Shown here: positions 1-6,508 of the stretch, piece after piece
How the letters are laid out: each line of letters begins with the position of its first letter
Numbering within the stretch: the stretch's first letter is position 1
Source: a virus
IMG/VR virus record: IMGVR_UViG_3300042869_000676
Location: 11,628-75,627 of that record
Strand: one strand, 5' to 3'
DNA: 64,000 nt
Translations under genes and position numbers: made by a program
The notes under the pieces: generated by a model
The model's database searches: none
Told to the model about the DNA's origin: nothing
The model's input: only the letters and a program-made list of their open reading frames with translations

Positions 1-1
1 T

Positions 2-388
2 GAAGCGGCACCTTCTGTCCGGCGCCCGGCAGTGGTGAGCTTCAATGCCGAAAAGTACATTATGGTAAAGGAAAGTGATTTGAATAAGCTAGTAGAAGAG
101 AAGACTAAAGAAGCTATTTTAAATTCATATAAAATAAAGCCAAACACGAATACTATTTCTGTTAATAATGAGAACACGAATGGTAATGTTGTAAATAATG
201 AGCCTACTGATATTGTTCCAGTTGGGAAAGTGCCAACCGTTGAGACCTTGGTGGTTAAACCACAGGAAACTTCGTCTATTGGCAGGTACTTGGCGACGGT
301 AGTGGTGGTGCTAGGGTTCATCTTAGGAGTGGGCTGGCTGTTCTGGAAGAACAAACTCGCCGCAGCTAAAGAAAAGAAAACCGAGTAA
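2..388 (+). CDS. hypothetical membrane-anchored protein, probably 5'-partial
   Basis: Frame is open from position 2. C-terminal hydrophobic helix (LATVVVVLGFILGVGWLFW) followed by a basic tail. Confidence 0.65.
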   Translation, partial: EAAPSVRRPAVVSFNAEKYIMVKESDLNKLVEEKTKEAILNSYKIKPNTNTISVNNENTNGNVVNNEPTDIVPVGKVPTVETLVVKPQETSSIGRYLATVVVVLGFILGVGWLFWKNKLAAAKEKKTE

Positions 389-390
389 AG

Positions 391-437
391 TGGCGCATTC
401 TTAGGGTTGTGGCGCATTGTTTCGGTTATGGCGCATT
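391..437 (+). repeat. three TGGCGCATT boxes at 19-bp period
   Basis: Copies start at 391, 410 and 429. Confidence 0.85.
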
Positions 438-441
438 TTTC

Positions 442-500
442 GTGGAACATCTTTGCGTTGTGGAACATTTTTGTGGAACATCTTTAGCTTCGTGGAACAT
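442..500 (+). promoter_or_regulatory. four GTGGAACAT boxes (parS half-site-like)
   Basis: Copies at 442, 460, 473 and 492, with the same spacing as the cluster at 6363-6421. Confidence 0.75.
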
Positions 501-532
501 TTGATTTTTTAATCTTTTTTTAAGAAAAGGTA

Positions 533-561
533 TTGACCAGAGGTTAAAAATCATTTTTAAT
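533..561 (+). promoter_or_regulatory. sigma70-type early promoter
   Basis: TTGACC-N17-TTTAAT. Shares GAAAAGGTATTGAC with the promoter at 1760. ATG follows at 570. Confidence 0.6.
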
Positions 562-569
562 TCTGGGGT

Positions 570-797
570 ATGAATGAAACACCAATTAAAAAAGGCAGAG
601 GTCGCCCCGCTGGTGGCACCTCTTTTGTAAACGTGTCTATCGCTGACTTGAAACGGTTCGGAGAAATTCCTGTTCCTGTTTCTCGCGTGTGGCTTGAAAA
701 AATGGGCTTGACGGTCGCAACAATCTCACCCATTGTTAGCGAAGTTAAACAAGAAATTGCTCCCGCTATTGAATTCAAATTGACCCAACTAAACTAA
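570..797 (+). CDS. small protein with an N-terminal AT-hook-like motif
   Basis: KKGRGRP motif. Stop overlaps the next start (TAATG). Confidence 0.75.
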   Translation: MNETPIKKGRGRPAGGTSFVNVSIADLKRFGEIPVPVSRVWLEKMGLTVATISPIVSEVKQEIAPAIEFKLTQLN

Positions 798-1735
798 TGA
801 AAGCTCGTTTCTCCAACCTAATCGGCCAAACTGATGTCAAGAAGAAGTTCGATTTCTATCTCGACTCTCAGAATCAATCACAACGTTTTCCTTTTGTTTT
901 GCTCACGGGCGCAAAGGGAATGGGCAAGACCGAGTTCGCCAAAGAAGCGGCTCGATCTATCGTTGGGAAAAGTGGCGAAGCTCGCCCATTTCTTGAGATC
1001 AACTGCGGCACAATCAAAAACGCGCAAATGTTCTTTGAGCAAGTGTTCGCACCTGTGATTCAAAACAATGAAGTTACTGTTCTGCTGGATGAGTGTCATG
1101 CTCTGCCCAAAGACTTAATGACTGTGCTTCTCTCTGCTTTTAACACTGAGAAAACTGAGCGCAAACAAATCTCTTGGAAGGACGGACTCTACGAGTTCAA
1201 TTTCAAGATGCAGAGTTTCATGTTGGCAACGACTGAACAAGATCGTTTGTTTGGCCCATTGAAAGATCGTTTGCTGTCGATTGATTTTCAAGCCTACTCT
1301 GTGGCGGAAACTGCTGAGATTATCAAACGCGCATTCCCTGACATTAGTTTTGAAGGTGATGTGCTTAGTCTCGTTGCCAAAACTGTTCGTGGAAATGCTC
1401 GCTCTGCTATCCAACGCGCAAAACAGATTGAGATGTATTGCCAGACGAAACACAAGAAAACGTTTGACGTTGCTGACTGGACTTCACTCTGCGACAAGAT
1501 CGGCATCAACTCATCTGGTCTTTCTAATTCTGAGATTCAAGTGTTGACAACTCTTAAACAGCGCGGCGACTGCTCGCTTTCAATGTTGAGCGCAGTCACA
1601 GGTATGTCTCGCTCTGCGCTTCAACGCGACGTGGAAATCTTCCTCTTGCAGCGCGGTTACATGAAGATCGAAGGTTCCAGAAAGATTACCGCAGAAGGTG
1701 TCAAGGCTTTGTCTGCTATCGAGGAGAAAAAATAA
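797..1735 (+). CDS. ruvB: RuvB-like AAA+ ATPase (Holliday junction branch-migration motor family)
   Basis: Walker A GAKGMGKT, Walker B LLDECH, ATT sensor-1, PLKDR arginine finger, RGNAR sensor-2, C-terminal winged helix. 312 aa. Confidence 0.85.
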   Translation: MKARFSNLIGQTDVKKKFDFYLDSQNQSQRFPFVLLTGAKGMGKTEFAKEAARSIVGKSGEARPFLEINCGTIKNAQMFFEQVFAPVIQNNEVTVLLDECHALPKDLMTVLLSAFNTEKTERKQISWKDGLYEFNFKMQSFMLATTEQDRLFGPLKDRLLSIDFQAYSVAETAEIIKRAFPDISFEGDVLSLVAKTVRGNARSAIQRAKQIEMYCQTKHKKTFDVADWTSLCDKIGINSSGLSNSEIQVLTTLKQRGDCSLSMLSAVTGMSRSALQRDVEIFLLQRGYMKIEGSRKITAEGVKALSAIEEKK

Positions 1736-1759
1736 AAAGAAAAAAGATAGGAAAAGGTA

Positions 1760-1787
1760 TTGACGAGTGCAGAAAAATCCTCACACT
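1760..1787 (+). promoter_or_regulatory. sigma70-type promoter for the ncRNA/tRNA operon
   Basis: TTGACG-N16-CACACT with an A-rich upstream tract. Confidence 0.55.
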
Positions 1788-1804
1788 CATTTTCGTTGAG
1801 GTCA

Positions 1805-2200
1805 TCTGACTCCCGCCCCCCACGCCTGACAATACTAGGTGGGGCGGGAAATCAGGTTGTTCTTTCTAATTTTGGTTGAGAAAAAGAGTATCGAGCGCGG
1901 CGAAGAGCCAAGCGACGCCTAATCGACCAAAATTTTGTAACGCTAAAAATCCCAAGCAAGAGTGCTTCTATGTGAAAACGGTAAAAGTCCGTCACGGGAG
2001 GTAAAGCCACGAATAGAGGCTTACTCGTTACAATCTAATTTTTGTGGTGAAGCAAAGTATGGAGCAGCCCTTCCTAGTGCTGGGTATTAGCGGTTGAAAA
2101 CTACCGCCGCCACATTAAAACTTTCCTCAATCCGCCGATCCACATTGGCTGGTGAGGAACCCTGGAAGTGGGTCGCGCATACTTTAATCACGCGAATAAT
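1805..2200 (+). ncRNA. cluster of about 5 structured non-coding RNA elements
   Basis: No ORF in the track. Successive closed stems at 1805-1856, 1868-1934, 1935-2033, 2043-2114 and 2123-2196, separated by short A/T-rich linkers. Confidence 0.6.
2043..2115 (+). ncRNA. tRNA-like element (non-canonical)
   Basis: 7-bp acceptor TGTGGTG/CGCCACA, 5-bp T-stem GCGGT/ACCGC, 73 nt. Atypical T-loop and anticodon loop. Confidence 0.55.
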
Positions 2201-2248
2201 TTTGCTAGCTAAACTAAACAATAACTGATTGCTTAACTAAATACTAAA

Positions 2249-2704
2249 ATGCCTAACTGGTGCCAAAACAACATCGCCATCTCTGGTGATTTAAATAAAT
2301 TTAAAACGTGGCTTAACGGTGAACCGTTCAGCCTGAATAAGATTGTGCCAATGGATCAAATCTTATTGGAAGATGAAGGCTGGCATAATTGGCGCATCGA
2401 GAATTGGGGAACTAAATGGGACGTGGACGTAGAGGCTGAAATCACTTTCAGCGGAGACAGTGCGATACTTATCCACTTCAACAGTGCGTGGGGACCGCCT
2501 AACTTAGCTATCGCTAAGCTCTCAGAATCTTTTCCAGAGATTACAATTGAACACTCTTATCTTGAAGAAGGTATGTGCTTTGTTGGCAAAGATGTCTATT
2601 CTAATGGCGCTCTTCGTAACGCAGTATGCTACGAAGACCCTAGCAAAGAAGAGTGGAAAGAACTTGCCACTGCTGAATTTAACTGGGAACCTTACGAGGA
2701 ATAA
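2249..2704 (+). CDS. DUF1281/YubB ferredoxin-like fold family protein
   Basis: MPNWC N-terminus, W..W...NWGTKW, F.SAWGPP and Y.EEG..F.G motifs. Confidence 0.8.
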   Translation: MPNWCQNNIAISGDLNKFKTWLNGEPFSLNKIVPMDQILLEDEGWHNWRIENWGTKWDVDVEAEITFSGDSAILIHFNSAWGPPNLAIAKLSESFPEITIEHSYLEEGMCFVGKDVYSNGALRNAVCYEDPSKEEWKELATAEFNWEPYEE

Positions 2705-2709
2705 AACTT

Positions 2710-2895
2710 ATGGCTAAAACTAAAACCAAAACAACTTATGCTTTCTCTGTTAATTTTTATAATTTGCTTGAAGCTGCTTCTCAGGAAGAAGCCGAAAAGC
2801 AGGTATTAGAAATTCTCCGCCAAGCTGTAGAAAAGAAAGACCTCTCAGACTTTGAGATTTACTCCCATAGCAAAGATTACTTTTTAATTCACTAA
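2710..2895 (+). CDS. hypothetical protein
   Basis: 61-aa ORF tightly packed in the operon. Confidence 0.65.
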   Translation: MAKTKTKTTYAFSVNFYNLLEAASQEEAEKQVLEILRQAVEKKDLSDFEIYSHSKDYFLIH

Positions 2896-2896
2896 A

Positions 2897-3067
2897 ATGC
2901 CCCTACCAGAAGAAGCAACTTCCACAATGAATACACTGCGATTCATTTACAGTAAGTATAAAGCTGAATTCGATAAAGCTCTCAAGTATGATGAGAAGAA
3001 AGATCGCAAGTATCAGAACGAAATGAGGAAATTGCAACGAGAAAAGCTTAAACAACAAATAGCTTAA
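2897..3067 (+). CDS. hypothetical basic protein (56 aa, not in the ORF track)
   Basis: ATG at 2897, TAA at 3065-3067; MPLPEEATSTMNTLRFIYSKYK...KQQIA. Fills the gap before the tRNAs. Confidence 0.6.
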   Translation: MPLPEEATSTMNTLRFIYSKYKAEFDKALKYDEKKDRKYQNEMRKLQREKLKQQIA

Positions 3068-3074
3068 TAGTTTA

Positions 3075-3149
3075 GTCCTTATCGTATAACGGATAATACA
3101 AGGCTCTTCTAAAGCCTCAATGAAAGTTCGATTCTTTCTGGGGACACCA
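3075..3149 (+). tRNA. tRNA-Arg(TCT)
   Basis: Acceptor GTCCTTA/TGGGGAC, anticodon arm AGGCT-CTTCTAA-AGCCT, GTTCGATTC T-loop, encoded CCA. Confidence 0.9.
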
Positions 3150-3151
3150 TC

Positions 3152-3224
3152 GGGCAGATAGCTTAGTGGTTAAAGCAAAGAACTCATAATTCTGTGATCG
3201 GGGGTTCAAGTCCCTCTCTGCCCA
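3152..3224 (+). tRNA. tRNA with CAT anticodon (Ile2 more likely than elongator Met)
   Basis: Acceptor GGGCAGA/TCTGCCC, loop CTCATAA, GTTCAAGTC. The G1-C72 pair excludes an initiator. No encoded CCA. Confidence 0.85.
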
Positions 3225-3238
3225 TTTCTTTAGAGACA

Positions 3239-3360
3239 AAAGGTGAACCACTTATCTCTTAATACTAAAAGACGAAAGCTGAACTAGATAATACTTAATA
3301 ACGAAAGGTGAACTACTTAATACGTAATAACGAAAGGTGAATGCGTTAATAAGTAATAAT
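3239..3360 (+). repeat. four degenerate 29-36 bp repeats with core AAAGGTGAA
   Basis: Cores at 3239, 3275 (AAAGCTGAA), 3304 and 3333. Two more at 6095 and 6130. Confidence 0.8.
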
Positions 3361-3366
3361 AAAAAC

Positions 3367-3466
3367 AGGGGTAGGTAGGGGTAGGTAGGGGTAGGTAGGG
3401 GTAGGTAGGGGTAGGTAGGGGTAGGTAGGGGTAGGTAGGGGTAGGTAGGGGTAGGTAGGGGTAGGT
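3367..3466 (+). repeat. (AGGGGTAGGT)10 tandem array
   Basis: Ten perfect 10-mers read directly. Confidence 0.95.
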
Positions 3467-3502
3467 GAATTGAGATTGGTTCTCAGTCTCAACGGTGGAG
3501 CA

Positions 3503-3532
3503 GAAAAAACCCGCCCTTTTCGGGGCGGGTCG
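3503..3532 (-). terminator. intrinsic terminator of the DUF932 gene
   Basis: ACCCGCCC-TTTTCG-GGGCGGGT stem with a T-run on the minus strand. Identical to 7497-7526. Confidence 0.85.
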
Positions 3533-3550
3533 CTTTGGCGATCTCTGCGA

Positions 3551-4348
3551 TTAGTTAGCGCCGATCTCGGCAGGCAAAACAACGTTGATTCCTGCGAATG
3601 GGTCGAGGACGCTGTGAAGGATCGAGGACCGAATCGGGAGAGCGTTCAAATTCCCCTTGTAGATTTCGGTGAAGGCATTGTGAAGGCTCCAGAGGTTGCG
3701 CGGTGCAAACTCTTCGTGCAAGGGCTTGTCCCACTGGTCGAGCACATCGGCGATCATATTTTTGCCGATTGCGCCAGACCGATAAGAGCGCAAGATGAGG
3801 TTTCCAGCGGTCTCGTCGTCGAGATTCGTGTTCGTGTATTTTTTGACGCGGGTCTCGTGGTTCGTCCACATCTCGCCAAGCTTACCAAGCGCTTCGCCCA
3901 TTTTCTTGGGTAGGTCGAGCATGATGTTGGTGGTGTGGCGGCGACCGATCACAATTTCGTTGTGGAAAACAAGATTGTCGCAGACGAAAGGTGCGTTGCC
4001 AGCGCAAATGCCAGCGCGAAAATCTTTGCAGTGCGAGTTACGCAAGCCGACAACGGTGCCAGAGGTAGCGCCGTCTTTTTTCATGTCGATCTGAAACAAG
4101 CCAAAGTAATTTTGACCATATTTTGCAAGGGTGTGGTGTTCTTTGATTACGCTCAGGCCTTTTTCTGCGAGCTGGTCGCGGAAAATTTCGACCATGCGAT
4201 TGTGGCTCACTGGCACGAAGCTGCGGGTAGTTTCGGGCAAGGGGACGTTGCCGATATCGGCAAATTCTACGGCGACGTTTCTGCCTCCTGCAACGTGCAG
4301 GTTCAACTCGCGCTTCTGATTAACTTGGGGGACATTTACAGTTTCCAT
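3551..4348 (-). CDS. DUF932 family protein
   Basis: PVSH, VGLRNSH, G...FVCDNL.F, RRHT and LWSLHNAFTE motifs. Confidence 0.75.
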   Translation of the reverse strand: METVNVPQVNQKRELNLHVAGGRNVAVEFADIGNVPLPETTRSFVPVSHNRMVEIFRDQLAEKGLSVIKEHHTLAKYGQNYFGLFQIDMKKDGATSGTVVGLRNSHCKDFRAGICAGNAPFVCDNLVFHNEIVIGRRHTTNIMLDLPKKMGEALGKLGEMWTNHETRVKKYTNTNLDDETAGNLILRSYRSGAIGKNMIADVLDQWDKPLHEEFAPRNLWSLHNAFTEIYKGNLNALPIRSSILHSVLDPFAGINVVLPAEIGAN

Positions 4349-4584
4349 TTTTTTGTGTGTTTTATTGGTTGCGACTAGGTGATCTAGTCGATGAGGAAAA
4401 ACTGAAGTATCTGTTTAGACCGTGCAAGCCTTTTTGACGAATTAGTTGAAAAGAATCTTTGGGTATTTTTGCGGAAGGTGTTGACAAGTGCTTTGATTTT
4501 TTGTTGGGAAAATTGCGCGGCGCGCTTATATCAGAAAATGGCGCAAAGTCAACCCGGTATTTTTCTTTTTAGAAATTATTTATT

Positions 4585-4613
4585 TTGACAACGGTGTTTT
4601 ATTCTGGTAAAAT
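4585..4613 (+). promoter_or_regulatory. near-consensus sigma70 promoter with no downstream ORF
   Basis: TTGACA-N17-TAAAAT with extended TG. Predicted start about 4619-4620, at the G-rich repeat. Confidence 0.7.
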
Positions 4614-4618
4614 AAAAC

Positions 4619-4670
4619 AGGGGTAGGAAAATTTTGATTAGGGGTAGGTAGGGGTAGGGGTAGGAAAATT
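4619..4670 (+). repeat. mixed AGGGGTAGG array
   Basis: Four GGGGTAGG cores with GGAAAATTT spacers. Confidence 0.9.
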
Positions 4671-4688
4671 TGTTCCACGTGGAACAAA
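4669..4688. promoter_or_regulatory. parS-type palindrome TTTGTTCCACGTGGAACAAA
   Basis: Perfect 20-bp palindrome. The 16-bp core TGTTCCACGTGGAACA matches the bacterial chromosomal parS consensus. Confidence 0.65.
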
Positions 4689-4712
4689 AAAAGCGAGGCA
4701 GTTACGCCTCGC
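4686..4712 (-). terminator. intrinsic terminator of the 5994-4742 gene block
   Basis: GCGAGGC-AGTTAC-GCCTCGC stem with a T-run on the minus strand. Confidence 0.75.
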
Positions 4713-4741
4713 AAATTTTGGATGAATTATTTATTTAAAGA

Positions 4742-4933
4742 TTAACTTTTTTGAATTGGAATGAATAGTTTAGTTACTCGTTGATTTCTAGGGTGGTTCA
4801 TATAATTTAAAGATATAGAATGTCCTTTGATTTTATCAATCTTCGCCTCCATACGAGTAAGGAGCCTTCGATCTTTTTCGTTTTGAGCGATCATGCAGAT
4901 GCTCATTGTATCTTCTTTAACGGATGTTTTCAT
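4742..4933 (-). CDS. hypothetical protein
   Basis: 63-aa ORF in a minus-strand operon. Confidence 0.6.
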   Translation of the reverse strand: MKTSVKEDTMSICMIAQNEKDRRLLTRMEAKIDKIKGHSISLNYMNHPRNQRVTKLFIPIQKS

Positions 4934-4940
4934 GTTTCGT

Positions 4941-5219
4941 TTAGTTTTTTTGTTTTATGTATTTCTCCATCTCGTCCCGAATTTCGTCGGGCATGAAGCA
5001 AGAAAAGTATTTTTCAGAACTAGATCCTTTCCAGTCCCAGATTGAGCAGTCGTGGTTTTGACCATCTAATTCCGCTGTGAAATACCAGACGGCGCAACAT
5101 TTTCCATCTATGCTCGCAGTAGGTTGAAAGCCGAGAGCATTTGAAATTTCGTCGATGGTGAAGCCAAAGATAGTTCCGGTTTTGTAATTGTTTCCGATTT
5201 CTGCGGGTGTGATTCTCAT
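4941..5219 (-). CDS. hypothetical protein
   Basis: 92 aa. ATGA overlap with the upstream gene. Confidence 0.7.
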   Translation of the reverse strand: MRITPAEIGNNYKTGTIFGFTIDEISNALGFQPTASIDGKCCAVWYFTAELDGQNHDCSIWDWKGSSSEKYFSCFMPDEIRDEMEKYIKQKN

Positions 5220-5653
5220 TTGTAAAAAATATGATTTTCGATTGTAACTGTTGCAAGCATTTTTTTATTCCAAGATGGATTTATTTTTGTCGTGTGATAA
5301 AACTGTGCGTTTTTCGTGTAATTAGTGGAGCCAAGATTTTGAGCAATTTTGAGAGCGTTTGACCATTTCTTGTGTTTCTTTGCTTTGTTGATCTCAGCTT
5401 CAACATCTTTGCCGTTCCAACAAGAGAACTGTTTGCGCTGCAAACAAACTTGCATTGGCGAAAGTTTGCGCGAGATTGAACGGTTGTAAATCACTTCGGC
5501 AACAGCAGACATTGCGCGAAAATCGCGCTCGCCGCCAGCCTCGGCAATCAAAGTTGCGGCGACAATCTCAGTTGCGCTGACTGTTACAACCGATTTGCTG
5601 TGCAATGAGTTCAGCCCAGAAAAAAACGCGAGGAGAAGGCAAAGGGATTTCAT
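5216..5653 (-). CDS. SleB/Hydrolase_2-family cell wall hydrolase with signal peptide
   Basis: EAGGE, AVAEVIYNR, QFSCWN, FYHT and IENHIFY motifs. Hydrophobic N-terminus. Confidence 0.85.
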   Translation of the reverse strand: MKSLCLLLAFFSGLNSLHSKSVVTVSATEIVAATLIAEAGGERDFRAMSAVAEVIYNRSISRKLSPMQVCLQRKQFSCWNGKDVEAEINKAKKHKKWSNALKIAQNLGSTNYTKNAQFYHTTKINPSWNKKMLATVTIENHIFYK

Positions 5654-5732
5654 TTTTGTTGAGGTGTTGAATGGTTTGGTAACGGGAAAAGTTGTTTGCG
5701 ATAAAGATTTCAGCGAGTTCGTATTCGTTCAT
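5568..5732 (-). CDS. possible 54-aa protein overlapping the hydrolase start
   Basis: ATG at 5732 after an A-rich leader; MNEYELAEIFIANNFSRY...QRN; TGA at 5568-5570. Confidence 0.4.
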   Translation of the reverse strand: MNEYELAEIFIANNFSRYQTIQHLNKNEIPLPSPRVFFWAELIAQQIGCNSQRN

Positions 5733-5740
5733 TTTTTTTG

Positions 5741-5762
5741 AGGGGTAGGGGTAGGAAAATTT
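5741..5762 (+). repeat. short AGGGGTAGGGGTAGGAAAATTT unit
   Basis: Same unit as the 6164 array, squeezed between two ORFs. Confidence 0.85.
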
Positions 5763-5994
5763 AACCAGACGAGTCAGCCCAGAAAGCTAATTTCTTAGAT
5801 GGCGAAATGTAAAGGGATTCGTGCATAGAAAGCCGAATTTCTTTCAAGTCGGTTACGTCGGACAAAACGGCGGGGCGAGTTTTCCAGCCGTTTGCTGCGC
5901 CAAGATTAGTATAGCCAAGTACGTCGTTGAAAAAATTAACTTCAATTTTTTCGCCGTTTAACAAGAGGGTTTTTTTTCCGTGAATGTTGGTCAT
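5761..5994 (-). CDS. hypothetical protein
   Basis: 77 aa, preceded by TTGCAA-N17-TAGTTT on the minus strand (6029-6001). Confidence 0.7.
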   Translation of the reverse strand: MTNIHGKKTLLLNGEKIEVNFFNDVLGYTNLGAANGWKTRPAVLSDVTDLKEIRLSMHESLYISPSKKLAFWADSSG

Positions 5995-6163
5995 GGCTAA
6001 AAACTATTTTTTTTTCGTGGTGGTTGCAAGTTTTTTTTTAGATTTATTTTTTATTTTTTGAGAAAAAAGCTTGACAAGAGTTTCGGCAAATAGTAAAGGT
6101 GAATGAGTTCTGTTCTAATAACAAACATGAAAGGTGAACGTGTTAATACCTAATAACAAATCT

Positions 6164-6327
6164 AGGGGTAGGAAAATTTTTAGGGGTAGGGGTAGGAAAA
6201 TTTTTAGGGGTAGGGGTAGGGGTAGGAAAATTTTTAGGGGTAGGGGTAGGAAAATTTTTAGGGGTAGGGGTAGGAAAATTTTTAGGGGTAGGGGTAGGGG
6301 TAGGAAATTTTTAGGGGTAGGGGTAGG
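6164..6327 (+). repeat. [(AGGGGT)1-3 AGG AAAATTTTT] compound array
   Basis: Seven G-blocks separated by six A3-4/T5 spacers. Confidence 0.95.
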
Positions 6328-6362
6328 CGTTTTGAGATTAGGTCTCAACTTCAATAAACGGC

Positions 6363-6421
6363 GTGGAACATTTCGGCACCGTGGAACATTTTCGTGGAAC
6401 ATTTCGCGCAGCGTGGAACAT
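6363..6421 (+). promoter_or_regulatory. four CGTGGAACATTT boxes (parS half-site-like)
   Basis: GTGGAACAT at 6363, 6381, 6394 and 6413. Confidence 0.75.
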
Positions 6422-6508
6422 TTTGGCGTGCCAACCTCGTTTTTTTAGCAAAGATTTTTTTTTATTTTTTAGTCGTTTTTTTTCGTTGGGTGTGGTTTAT
6501 TTCCTGCG

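Noticed and set aside
391-445. Sigma54 promoters at the TGGCGC boxes
   Set aside because: The -12 TTGC element is missing at the required spacing.
2043-2115. Amber suppressor tRNA / stop-codon recoding
   Set aside because: CTA is not centred in a 7-nt loop. Long genes are intact in the standard code, and TAG appears to end 12873-13091.
3239-3360. CRISPR-like array from the 29-36 bp repeats (also the GTGGAACAT clusters)
   Set aside because: The conserved cores are only about 9-12 bp, the spacers are short and mutually similar, and no cas genes are present.
3470-4378. Plus-strand ORFs opposite the DUF932 gene (and similar antisense ORFs opposite the capsid and tube genes)
   Set aside because: These are antisense shadows produced by strong codon bias, with no family motifs.
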